From an uncultured virus (IMG/VR IMGVR_UViG_3300020247_000249) (Duplodnaviria > Heunggongvirae > Uroviricota > Caudoviricetes), in IMG/VR virus record IMGVR_UViG_3300020247_000249: 64,000 nt of DNA, one strand, 5' to 3'. Below the pieces are notes generated by a model, which was given only the letters and a program-made list of their open reading frames with translations, had not been told where the DNA came from and ran no database searches. Positions 1-8,528 of this stretch are shown piece after piece. The translations under genes and the position numbers were made by a program. How positions within the stretch are numbered: position 1 is the stretch's first letter; each line of letters begins with the position of its first letter.

Positions 1-2
1 CT

Positions 3-317
3 TATCGTTCAGATAGTGTTACTCCATTAGGATGTAATCAAGTGCTTATTGAATTTAGGGGATATGGACTACGCAAAGACACACCAGAAGAAAGACGCAC
101 ACGTATCAATCATCACAACAGCATATGGGGACCGTTTGGACGTAACCTACACGAAGACCTAATTGGTGTAGCAGGACAAGGAACCACAATGCGTGAAGGC
201 ACAGAAGCACGTAACATATTGCATGGTAGACATGAAAATGGAACAATTCATGATGAAGTTGGTATGCGCCATTACTACAGCGAATGGGGCAAGTACTTAG
301 ATATTAATCCTTATTAA
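3..317 (+). CDS. C-terminal part of a Rieske aromatic ring-hydroxylating oxygenase alpha subunit (5' truncated by window)
   Basis: Frame is open from the window start (YRSDSVTPLGCNQVLIEFRG...). WGPFGRNLHED and DEVGMRHYYSEW resemble the catalytic-domain C-terminus of ring-hydroxylating alpha subunits. Confidence 0.6.
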   Translation, partial: YRSDSVTPLGCNQVLIEFRGYGLRKDTPEERRTRINHHNSIWGPFGRNLHEDLIGVAGQGTTMREGTEARNILHGRHENGTIHDEVGMRHYYSEWGKYLDINPY

Positions 318-330
318 TTTCAAAAAAAGG

Positions 331-361
331 TTGACAAACCAATTAAATGGTAGTATAAATA
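331..361 (+). promoter_or_regulatory. Composite promoter: sigma70 TTGACA-N17-TATAAA overlapping T4-late-type TATAAATA, driving tmRNA/tRNA
   Basis: TTGACA 331-336, TATAAATA 354-361. Confidence 0.75.
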
Positions 362-365
362 TACA

Positions 366-757
366 TGTAACGTTGAAGCCAATCAACGACAGACAGGACC
401 GGGGGGCGGTACCCCGCGCCTCCACCATAAGCACATTTGGAGATACAGTGAAGACACGTATTAAAATGATTAGCGGCGATGAGTTTGATGCTCTAAGCAA
501 AAAGGCTAAAAATTTACTTCATTGGAGACCAGGTGAACGTAAGAAGATTAAGCGTGGTTATAACAAAAGACTTCGCAAGTGTGCTTATGATGGGGGCGAA
601 CTAGGATCGACTGATGTATGAGAGAACGTGGAGTTACCGGTAGGCGATGACCGTAAATCAAGCAACTTTATAGACGCAAACGATAATTTTGCTCTTGCAG
701 CCTAGTTAACTAGGTAACGGGGTTGGCAACTTACCTGGCAACAGAAAAGTTGCGCCT
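366..757 (+). ncRNA. ssrA: Circularly permuted (two-piece) tmRNA; tag (A)ANDNFALAA
   Basis: The 3' tRNA-like end (T arm, CGCCTCC-ACCA, ends 427) lies upstream of the 5' end GGGGGCG (592-598). The two pair with a G3:U alanine determinant. Tag frame GCA AAC GAT AAT TTT GCT CTT GCA GCC TAG at 676-705. Outer ends approximate. Confidence 0.92.
448..621 (+). CDS. Small basic protein (57 aa) encoded in the tmRNA intervening segment
   Basis: GGAGA SD at 439-443, GTG at 448, MKTRIKMISGDEFDALSKKAKNLLHWRPGERKKIKRGYNKRLRK... Confidence 0.6.
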   Translation: MKTRIKMISGDEFDALSKKAKNLLHWRPGERKKIKRGYNKRLRKCAYDGGELGSTDV

Positions 758-768
758 TTATTGACAAA

Positions 769-842
769 GGGTGAATGGTGTAGTGGTAACACGGCGGTCT
801 CCAAAACCGTAGCTTGAGGTTCGATTCCTTGTTCGCCTGCCA
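769..842 (+). tRNA. tRNA-Trp (CCA)
   Basis: Cloverleaf, anticodon arm GCGGT-CT-CCA-AA-ACCGT, GTTCGATTC T loop, encoded CCA end. Confidence 0.93.
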
Positions 843-863
843 ATAAACTTTATAAATAATGAC

Positions 864-1145
864 ATGAATAAAGAAGAATACGACGAAATAGTAAAAAGAA
901 TCAATACCTTAATTGATGAACAAGTTCAACCGGCAGTAGAGCAACACGGAGGCTTTATTAAGTTTGAAGACTTTGATCAGTCAACAGGTCGTGTAAGTGT
1001 TTTACTACAAGGATCGTGTTCTGGTTGTGCAAGTAGCACAATAACACTTAAGATGGGTGTAGAAAACATGCTGAAACATTACATTCCAGAAGTAACAGGC
1101 GTAGACGGAATGGATGACCCCAACTTTAATAATCCATATTATTAA
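864..1145 (+). CDS. NifU/NfuA C-terminal domain Fe-S carrier
   Basis: VQPAVEQHGG, LQGSCSGC (CxxC), TLKMGVENML. Confidence 0.92.
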   Translation: MNKEEYDEIVKRINTLIDEQVQPAVEQHGGFIKFEDFDQSTGRVSVLLQGSCSGCASSTITLKMGVENMLKHYIPEVTGVDGMDDPNFNNPYY

Positions 1146-1232
1146 AAATGCACTCAGATCTAGCAGACAGGTTGTTAAAATAAATTAAATAATATCTGTA
1201 ATACAATTATAACATAAAGGAACTAACACACT

Positions 1233-1811
1233 ATGAGAGAAGGTGTACAAATACCTAACGTGGTTTTTAAAACTAGAGTCCGAGATGAATCCATTGAAGG
1301 ACCGAACCCTTATCGTTGGCAAGATGTCAACGGCAGCGACTACTTCGCTGGAAAGAGAGTAGTATTATTCAGCTTACCAGGAGCGTTCACTCCAACATGT
1401 AGCACATACCAGCTACCAGGATTTGAAGAGAATTACAACAAGATTAAAGAAATGGGAGTAGATGAAATTTACTGCATTTCTGTTAATGACGCATTTGTTA
1501 TGAACAAATGGGCTAAAGACCAATGTGTAGAAAGAGTAAAGGTCATTCCAGATGGCAATGCACTGTTTACACAAATGATGGGAATGCTAGTCGATAAACG
1601 GCATTTAGGTTTTGGGCAACGTTCATGGCGATATGCGGCTGTCATTAATGACGGTGTAGTTGAAGCATGGTTTGAAGAGCCAGGCAAAAACTGCGATGGC
1701 GCCGATAGCGACCCTTATGGTGAAACAACACCTGAGAAAGTTATTGAATATCTAAGCAGCCAAACAGAAAAATTCACCTTTATTAAAGACATCAAAGGCA
1801 CTGAAGTTTAA
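1233..1811 (+). CDS. Peroxiredoxin (Prx5/redoxin family)
   Basis: FSLPGAFTPTCS, SVNDAFVM, GFGQRSWRYA. Confidence 0.95.
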   Translation: MREGVQIPNVVFKTRVRDESIEGPNPYRWQDVNGSDYFAGKRVVLFSLPGAFTPTCSTYQLPGFEENYNKIKEMGVDEIYCISVNDAFVMNKWAKDQCVERVKVIPDGNALFTQMMGMLVDKRHLGFGQRSWRYAAVINDGVVEAWFEEPGKNCDGADSDPYGETTPEKVIEYLSSQTEKFTFIKDIKGTEV

Positions 1812-1907
1812 AGAGCATATAAGTTTATCTATGTATTCTTTAAATAAAATCAGTGTTGGACAAAGGGGCGCATATCGCGTTCTTCAAAATTATAGGAAAT
1901 AATAAAA

Positions 1908-2531
1908 ATGAAAAAACTAATACTATCTTTTGCTTTCGCTGTGGCGTTAGCATCAACTGCTTATGCTGACAACTTCGATGATACCAGCATGAACATTAAC
2001 ATAACATCAGATAAAACTACTTTATCTGCAGGCACTGGTGCTAGTTATGACTTTGCTGATACAGCAAACGTTTATGGCATCAAGCACGACTTTGGTACTG
2101 TTTACGGCCAAGTCGAGTTTATTGACGATGATGTAAACGATGACTATCGTTTTACTGTTGGTAAACTTTATACAACTGCTGTAGCAGACCCCGTAACAGG
2201 TGAAGCACCACGTGTAACCTTTTATGCTGCTCCAGAAGTACACTATACTGTAGGCGATTCTTTTACTAAAGACGAGTTAAGAATTAGTCCATCAATTGGT
2301 GCTGCATTTGATGCAGGACTAGTAGTTCCTTATGCAGAACTAGGATATGACATTTCATCAGTAGAAGGTGATTTGTTTGACTTTTCTAGAGCAGACGCAT
2401 ATGCAGAACTAGGTGTTGCAGTTCCAGTAAGCGATAAAGCATCTGTACAAGTTGCTTTAATGCAAGATTTAGATTCAGACTTGAATTCAGTTGATAGAGA
2501 AATAGCGTTAACATTTAACGTAAACTTCTAA
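1908..2531 (+). CDS. Secreted outer-membrane beta-barrel-like protein
   Basis: Signal peptide ending AYA, alternating beta-strand pattern, C-terminal FNVNF. Confidence 0.65.
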   Translation: MKKLILSFAFAVALASTAYADNFDDTSMNINITSDKTTLSAGTGASYDFADTANVYGIKHDFGTVYGQVEFIDDDVNDDYRFTVGKLYTTAVADPVTGEAPRVTFYAAPEVHYTVGDSFTKDELRISPSIGAAFDAGLVVPYAELGYDISSVEGDLFDFSRADAYAELGVAVPVSDKASVQVALMQDLDSDLNSVDREIALTFNVNF

Positions 2532-2542
2532 TAAAACTATCC

Positions 2543-2578
2543 AAAAGGTGCCAATTCCAACATTTTGGCACCTTTTTT
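2543..2578 (+). terminator. Rho-independent terminator
   Basis: AAAAGGTGCCAA...TTGGCACCTTTTTT. Confidence 0.85.
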
Positions 2579-2579
2579 C

Positions 2580-2608
2580 TTGACCTTTGCTTCTAAAGGT
2601 GCTATAGT
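2580..2608 (+). promoter_or_regulatory. sigma70-type promoter
   Basis: TTGACC-N17-TATAGT with extended TG. Confidence 0.65.
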
Positions 2609-2621
2609 ATTACTATAACTA

Positions 2622-3281
2622 ATGAAGCAGAGGCATAAAATGAATTGGACAGGCATAAAGCGTAAGGCAATTATCACAGGTATTTCGGTAGCTGCTGTAG
2701 CATTTGCATTTGGTGTTGGTACATTTAATCCAAATGGTTTTGTAACAAGCGACTACACAAAGAAAATTGAGAACAAGTTCTTAAAAGAGGCAATCGCCCT
2801 CGGTATGCATGAACCTGATTTCGTGTATACAGATTCAAACTCATTCATGGACGCAGTAGGACAATGCGTTGACTTTATAAACTTTACAACTCCACGTGAT
2901 CAGCGTGTTCCTAGCTCTATTATTATTGCTATGGCCGGTATTGAAAGTGGTTGGGGTACTAGTAGGTTTACCAGAGACGGTAACAATCTTTTTGGTATAC
3001 GAACATGGGATCCTGATACACCACAGATGAAGCCGCTAGACTTACCAAACGCAGAGTTTGGTGTAAAGACTTATCCTACAAAATGTGCTAGTGTACAAGA
3101 TGCTATTAACATTCTTAATACACACCATGCATATGAAAACTTTCGTATTGAGCGTAAACGTCAAATTGCATTAGATATATGGGATTACGATCAATTAGCA
3201 TTTCATATTTCTCCTTGGAGTACTAATGAGAAGTATAGTAATATGATTGTAAACACTATTGCAAGTAAGGAGTTACCATAA
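2622..3281 (+). CDS. Glucosaminidase-domain (Bax/FlgJ-like) peptidoglycan hydrolase with N-terminal membrane anchor
   Basis: IAMAGIESGWGTSRF, GNNLFGI. Confidence 0.85.
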   Translation: MKQRHKMNWTGIKRKAIITGISVAAVAFAFGVGTFNPNGFVTSDYTKKIENKFLKEAIALGMHEPDFVYTDSNSFMDAVGQCVDFINFTTPRDQRVPSSIIIAMAGIESGWGTSRFTRDGNNLFGIRTWDPDTPQMKPLDLPNAEFGVKTYPTKCASVQDAINILNTHHAYENFRIERKRQIALDIWDYDQLAFHISPWSTNEKYSNMIVNTIASKELP

Positions 3282-3526
3282 TGAAAAGCAAATATGGACC
3301 TAGATACTTCAAGCCTGACTTTATGGATATGAAAGACCATTGGGCAGTTGGCACACAGTGGCCAGTAAAAGGTAGTCGTGGTGATGACTATACTGTTGAG
3401 TGGACATCGAAAGGCTTTACTTGTGATTGTATGGGTATGACAATGCATGGTAAATGTAAACACACTAGAGCAATTGCCGAACGTTGGCAACAAGCCTGTG
3501 ATCCTAACTTTGCACTAGGAGCCTAA
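3281..3526 (+). CDS. SWIM zinc-finger protein
   Basis: YTVE...FTCDC...CKH. Confidence 0.75.
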   Translation: MKSKYGPRYFKPDFMDMKDHWAVGTQWPVKGSRGDDYTVEWTSKGFTCDCMGMTMHGKCKHTRAIAERWQQACDPNFALGA

Positions 3527-3527
3527 T

Positions 3528-3986
3528 ATGACAATGCATTTAGCTCGTGGCTTAACCACATTGAACACAAAGAAACGTAAGAAGAAGAAACTAACAGACA
3601 AGAAGATTGAAGAATATACTGTGAAGTGGAGACAGCATAATAAAGCAATGCGTCGAAAGCATTTACACAGTCATCAGTTTGATACTGTTGAAGATTACAT
3701 TGCATATTGTAGAGGCGAGTACAAACCTAAGTCAACACCTGTTGTTGCTCCTTTACGTACTACTTCTACTCCTGTTGCTAGAGAGTCAGATAAAATTCCT
3801 AGTTACGTTTCTAAGAATACATTCGCACCATGCACTAAGAAAGAGCCGTTGCAGTATACAGGAGAACGTAGACTTGTAGGTATTGCTACAATGCACAAAA
3901 GTAATATGGTTCCTGTGTTCGCGGACGATGATGATAAGACAGGAAAGAAACAAGCGACAGAAATTGCACAAATGAGGCGGAACTAA
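3528..3986 (+). CDS. Basic phage hypothetical protein
   Basis: Tightly packed ORF; C-terminal GIATMHKSNMVPVF motif. Confidence 0.7.
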   Translation: MTMHLARGLTTLNTKKRKKKKLTDKKIEEYTVKWRQHNKAMRRKHLHSHQFDTVEDYIAYCRGEYKPKSTPVVAPLRTTSTPVARESDKIPSYVSKNTFAPCTKKEPLQYTGERRLVGIATMHKSNMVPVFADDDDKTGKKQATEIAQMRRN

Positions 3987-4026
3987 AGTACTATGTTTAG
4001 TATGAACAACAGTATCTAAATAAAGG

Positions 4027-4632
4027 ATGAACAGATTTATGCGATCATTAATTACATTTACAATACTAGCGTTTGTGGTAGTATCTACAGCGCAAAGCGG
4101 GCAACACCTTCAAGCATCAACACTGATGAATGATAAAGAATCAGTGTCAGTTGGAGAGCTGTATTCAAAAGATACACATCCACAAGAATACTGCTTGGCA
4201 CAAAACATTTACTACGAATCACGAGGAGATAATCTAGCAGGTAAAGCGGCTGTTAGTGATGTAGTTATGAACAGAGTAAAATCTACATACTATCCTAATA
4301 CAATTTGTGAAGTAGTTTATCAAGCACGTTGGAAGGAAAGTTGGAAAACTAAACAGTATCCAGACTTGCCAGATGATCAACGTGTTATGATACCTATTAG
4401 AAATCAATGTCAGTTTAGTTGGTTCTGTGACGGCAAGTCAGATGAGCCGCCAATTGGCGATGAATGGCGACAAGCACAGACTATTGCGTATCGCATGGTT
4501 AATTCAGATTACTTAATTGGTATTGCTGATGGCGCAACACACTACCATGCAACTTATGTCAACCCTAAATGGAACAAGGATATGCTACTAATCGGAAGAA
4601 TTGGTTTGCATATATTCTATGTGCAAAGGTAG
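4027..4632 (+). CDS. Cell wall hydrolase (SleB/Hydrolase_2)
   Basis: CLAQNIYYESRG, VMNRV, CQFSWFCDGK, GATHYHA. Confidence 0.92.
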   Translation: MNRFMRSLITFTILAFVVVSTAQSGQHLQASTLMNDKESVSVGELYSKDTHPQEYCLAQNIYYESRGDNLAGKAAVSDVVMNRVKSTYYPNTICEVVYQARWKESWKTKQYPDLPDDQRVMIPIRNQCQFSWFCDGKSDEPPIGDEWRQAQTIAYRMVNSDYLIGIADGATHYHATYVNPKWNKDMLLIGRIGLHIFYVQR

Positions 4633-4636
4633 TTAA

Positions 4637-4864
4637 CTGTCCGATTACATTGACTCATTAATTAAGAATGCAAAGTATCCGGCCTGTGTAGGATTATCAA
4701 GAGTAGGCTGGGTAACAACTGAAGTGTGGAACGATATGATTAGTCGTTCTCCATTACTGTATCGCTTTATTCCTTTAAAGTTTTTAGATTGGGATAGAGA
4801 CGGTGCAAAAATACACTGGCTATTTTGGAGAAAAAAGACTTCCAAAATAATAAAATATACTTGA
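4637..4864 (+). CDS. Possible CTG-start hypothetical protein (75 aa), absent from the ORF track
   Basis: Open frame filling the gap between genes (LSDYIDSLIKNAKYPACVG...WLFWRKK); AAGGT upstream. Confidence 0.4.
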   Translation: MSDYIDSLIKNAKYPACVGLSRVGWVTTEVWNDMISRSPLLYRFIPLKFLDWDRDGAKIHWLFWRKKTSKIIKYT

Positions 4865-4889
4865 CTTATGCAGTATAATTTAGTATACT
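4861..4889 (+). promoter_or_regulatory. sigma70-type promoter
   Basis: TTGACT-N17-TATACT. Confidence 0.7.
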
Positions 4890-4923
4890 GTAAGTACATT
4901 AACACACATACAGAGAGGCTGTT

Positions 4924-5418
4924 ATGAAAATGAAGGCAACAATGAAGGCATTGACTGTAGGCACACTGATACTCGGATTGGGTGCGTGTAGCTCAATGAA
5001 GACAATCGACGTTCGAGAAACGAAAGCAAATCCAAATTGGTACATGGATTGTGAACAAATTGGTTCAGAGGGTTTCTTGTTTTGGAAAGACGACTATGCT
5101 TATGCATGTGGCATGGGTGAAAGTAAGTTTGAACAAGCGTCAGAATCACAAGCGTATGCATTTGCTGTAAAAGGTTTTGCAGAACGTATTAATGGTACCG
5201 TTAACTCATCAACAACTGTAGATATTAAGAACAACAGTCGTGATACAAGAACTTTTGTAGAACACCTTGTTAAGAATACTACAATTAGAGAGCATCTTGA
5301 AGTTAAGAAGTATTCATATGAACTGGCAAGTACAGGTCACGTGCATACGTATGTAAGAATTAAGATGCCGCTGGAAACATTTGATCGTCTGATCGCTGAA
5401 GCGAAAGACCCAGCATAA
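4924..5418 (+). CDS. Lipoprotein (LPP20-like)
   Basis: Lipobox LGAC; GAGG SD. Confidence 0.7.
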   Translation: MKMKATMKALTVGTLILGLGACSSMKTIDVRETKANPNWYMDCEQIGSEGFLFWKDDYAYACGMGESKFEQASESQAYAFAVKGFAERINGTVNSSTTVDIKNNSRDTRTFVEHLVKNTTIREHLEVKKYSYELASTGHVHTYVRIKMPLETFDRLIAEAKDPA

Positions 5419-5744
5419 TGTTTAGGCTACTTGCAATAGTAGGCGCGGCTATTGTGATTACAGGGTGTGCTTCAACGCCCCCTGTGACTGCACAAAAGCC
5501 AAATTATTGCCACACATCAGAAGACATTATCGTACAGAACGGAACCACTGTCGACAGTAAGACAAGGGTACAATGTACTGATAGTCAGATTGAAAGGCTG
5601 TTTGCTAAAAGATCTGGAATGGCTCCTAACTGTGGTGAATTTAATTACTGGATGAAAGTAGGAGGACATAATGTTCAACGCAAAGGTATCAGCTGTCAAA
5701 AACCTGATGGTAGTTGGGAAATTGTGCATACTGATCAGTATTAG
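5418..5744 (+). CDS. Cys-rich lipoprotein
   Basis: Lipobox ITGC; C-terminal CQKPDGSWEIV as in 17 kDa surface-antigen-like domains. Confidence 0.7.
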   Translation: MFRLLAIVGAAIVITGCASTPPVTAQKPNYCHTSEDIIVQNGTTVDSKTRVQCTDSQIERLFAKRSGMAPNCGEFNYWMKVGGHNVQRKGISCQKPDGSWEIVHTDQY

Positions 5745-6114
5745 TACATGTACACCAGCAGTTGCTCAAGACTTTACTAATCCTAAGTTTTTTGATTACT
5801 CATCTAATCACCCTGCATCAAGAGTACTTGAATGGTCGTTTGGTTGGTATAAGAAACTAAATGTAGAACAAAAGAATGCATACATGGCAAGTGTGGTACA
5901 CGCATTACATTATGCAGAAAATGGTGAAGCAGTTAGTTGGTATCGAGCAAATGCAAGTGGTGTTTCAACTCCAGTAGCAACTTGGCCCACAGGGTCGGGT
6001 TATTGTAGGAGGCTTCATCTGAGTGCTATTGCCTATAATAAACAACGAGTTATGTCTGTAACCGCTTGTCATTATAATAGTACTAATTCTTGGGCCTGGT
6101 TTTCAGGTAAATAA
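5707..6114 (+). CDS. Secreted 17 kDa surface-antigen-like domain protein
   Basis: Signal peptide; ENGEAVSW...GYCRR...TAC...W pattern; start reassigned to ATG 5707. Confidence 0.55.
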   Translation: MVVGKLCILISISTCTPAVAQDFTNPKFFDYSSNHPASRVLEWSFGWYKKLNVEQKNAYMASVVHALHYAENGEAVSWYRANASGVSTPVATWPTGSGYCRRLHLSAIAYNKQRVMSVTACHYNSTNSWAWFSGK

Positions 6115-8084
6115 TGTATATGATTTATGGATTACTAACACTACTCACAGCACTTTGTATTAGTGCTATTGCGATTTACTATTCTGTAGCAGGTTTGGTT
6201 GCTATATTTGCGGCGGCTGCACTTCCTATTATTATAATGGGTACTGCTTTAGAAATAGGTAAACTAGTAACTGCTGTATGGTTACACAAGTATTGGAGCA
6301 AAGCTACCTGGTGGCTTAGAACTTATCTCTCCACTGCTGTAGTTGTTCTTATGTTTATTACAAGCATGGGTATTTTTGGTTTCCTAAGTAAAGCACACAT
6401 TGAACAAACTAGTGCAGGTGACGAGAATGTTGCTCAAGTAGAACGTATAGAAAATGAAATTACACGTTACGAAGACATAATTACTCGTGCAGAAAACAAA
6501 ATTAAAAAGTTAGAAACTAGTAATACAGGTAGTGATGCTAACGTACAATCACAGATTGATGCAGAACAAGATCGTATTGATAAAGCATATGACCGTGTTC
6601 AGCCTGCAATTGATGAACAACAAAAAATTATCGATAGCCAAGCAGACTTATACAAAACAGAACTTGCTAAGATAGATGAAGAATTAAAAACACTACAAAC
6701 TTATGTAGACAACGGCGAAACTAAAAAAGCACAACAAATGATTGGTGCTAGTGCTGACGGTATCTTTGGTAAAAAGACAGCTGAAAAGATTGGCGATTGG
6801 AAAGAAATAAGACAACAAGAACGTGCTGAATTAATATCTAAGATTGAACAAGCATCAAACAATCCTCAAGCACAGGCAGCAAGAGAAGAAATTAAACGTC
6901 TACGTACTACAGTTGAAAAGCAAATTGCACAGTCTAATGAACTTATTGATAGACTACGTAAACAATTAGGTGATACAAGTAAAATTGCTGATATTGATTC
7001 ACAAGTTGACGAACAAAATTTAAGAATTAAAGATGCAAACAATCAAATTGATGTACTTACTGAAGAAAAATATTCTATTCAAAGTGAGTATCGTAAACTT
7101 GAAGCAGAAGTAGGACCAATTAAATATATTGCTGAATTTGTGTATGGTGAAAATGCTACACAAAACATGTTAGAAGAAGCAGTACGTTGGGTCATTATAA
7201 TTATCATATTTGTATTTGATCCACTTGCAGTACTATTGCTTATTGCATCACAATACACATTCGAATGGAACAGAAGGTTTGGTCCAGGAGGAGATGATAA
7301 CGGCTCCCCAAAGTTAGATCCAAAACCTAAGCCACCCTTTACGGATGAAGAATATGACGAAGCGTGGAAAGCAAATATAGATAGAGACCACGAACAAGCA
7401 TTAAAAGACAATGAAGAGTTTGATCGTAAGAAATACGAAAATGCTAGAGCTCAAAAGATTGCTGATAATATTCCCCCAGAAATAGAAACTGCACCAGTTA
7501 GACTTGCTGACGAAGAGCAACAAGACGTTCCTGAAAACGAAAAGACTACTCACGAAATGCTAATGGAAGGGTTTGAAGAAGAAAAACAAGATAACGAAGA
7601 TCTTGAAAAATGGAACGATTGGGTAGAAGCAGCCAACAAAGCAGCAAAAGAAGAAGATCCAAACAGCGATGAAGATGATGACTTCGATGACGAAGGCGAT
7701 GACTTTGAAGATGAAGATGATGACTTTGAAGAAGAAGCAAAAGCAAAAGCAACAGGTGAACAGTTTGGAAAAGAACTTCAAAATAAAATAGATCTTGCTG
7801 ACGAAGACGAAGACTTATTCGATGGTGTTGATTCCGAAGAAAAAGAAGCAATGAAACTTTGGAAAATGGAAGATCCAACAAATAACAAAATTAAAGAAAC
7901 AAGACAACAACATGAACAAGGTAAAATTAAACAGTTACCTTGGGCAAAGTATTTGAAAGCACAAGCAGACTATAAGGTGTTTCCAGAACTAGAAGAAGAG
8001 ATTTCAAAAAAAAAGGAATCTTTAAGCTGGATAGAGAAAGATGGAGCGGAGCAAGTCAAGAAAACAATAGAGAAGGAAGTTTAG
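6114..8084 (+). CDS. Membrane-anchored coiled-coil protein with PG-binding-like motif and acidic tail
   Basis: Three N-terminal TM helices, long coiled coil, DGIFGKKT motif, TM ending FDPLAVLLLIA, acidic C-terminus. Confidence 0.85.
   Translation: MYMIYGLLTLLTALCISAIAIYYSVAGLVAIFAAAALPIIIMGTALEIGKLVTAVWLHKYWSKATWWLRTYLSTAVVVLMFITSMGIFGFLSKAHIEQTSAGDENVAQVERIENEITRYEDIITRAENKIKKLETSNTGSDANVQSQIDAEQDRIDKAYDRVQPAIDEQQKIIDSQADLYKTELAKIDEELKTLQTYVDNGETKKAQQMIGASADGIFGKKTAEKIGDWKEIRQQERAELISKIEQASNNPQAQAAREEIKRLRTTVEKQIAQSNELIDRLRKQLGDTSKIADIDSQVDEQNLRIKDANNQIDVLTEEKYSIQSEYRKLEAEVGPIKYIAEFVYGENATQNMLEEAVRWVIIIIIFVFDPLAVLLLIASQYTFEWNRRFGPGGDDNGSPKLDPKPKPPFTDEEYDEAWKANIDRDHEQALKDNEEFDRKKYENARAQKIADNIPPEIETAPVRLADEEQQDVPENEKTTHEMLMEGFEEEKQDNEDLEKWNDWVEAANKAAKEEDPNSDEDDDFDDEGDDFEDEDDDFEEEAKAKATGEQFGKELQNKIDLADEDEDLFDGVDSEEKEAMKLWKMEDPTNNKIKETRQQHEQGKIKQLPWAKYLKAQADYKVFPELEEEISKKKESLSWIEKDGAEQVKKTIEKEV
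7668..7730 (+). repeat. 3 x 21-nt degenerate tandem repeat (DEDDDFD/DEGDDFE/DEDDDFE)
   Basis: Units start at 7668, 7689 and 7710. Confidence 0.8.
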
Positions 8085-8155
8085 GATATATACAAAATGC
8101 AGAACAAAATCCTAACTCAGTATGGCAACGCATAAAAGCAACATCGAATGAATGA
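8006..8155 (+). other. Putative -1 frameshift site (A9G, A_AAA_AAG) and alternative C-terminal frame
   Basis: The -1 frame from 8015 is open to TGA 8153-8155, which overlaps the next start codon region. Confidence 0.55.
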
Positions 8156-8528
8156 CACCGTAAGCATAGTAACATACCCAGACGATATTCAAACAGACGC
8201 ATTAAGAATATTAACGTATGACCTCACACCAGAACAAAGTCAAATGGTAAGTAATACTATTCAAACTTTGGACTTACCTAACACAATAATTTATGTTGCC
8301 AAACCGAGCGATGACCCGCAATGGGTGGTTGACAAAAAACATAAATGTGTTATAGTAATACTAAATGCAAATTCAGAAGATCAACAGACAGCAGGATATT
8401 TTTTGGCTCAGCCTAATAGTTATTATTTTGGCAGTACAAAATTATCCACGGCTAACAATAGAGAGATTCTGGAACAACAACATATAAACAATTTAATGGA
8501 GAAAGCAAAAAACAGTTATGGCATATGA
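8148..8528 (+). CDS. Hypothetical protein
   Basis: ORF overlapping the bS21 start. Confidence 0.7.
   Translation: MNDTVSIVTYPDDIQTDALRILTYDLTPEQSQMVSNTIQTLDLPNTIIYVAKPSDDPQWVVDKKHKCVIVILNANSEDQQTAGYFLAQPNSYYFGSTKLSTANNREILEQQHINNLMEKAKNSYGI

Noticed and set aside
331..447. N-terminal part of ORF 331..621
   Set aside because: The TTG is the -35 box and the frame crosses the tmRNA acceptor piece; the SD-supported start is GTG 448.
4645..4905. Minus-strand 86-aa ORF
   Set aside because: Opposes the local gene direction and crosses a promoter; the plus-strand frame 4637-4864 fits better.
7079..7881. Minus-strand low-complexity ORFs (Leu/His- and Phe-rich)
   Set aside because: Shadows of the GAA/GAT-rich acidic coding strand.
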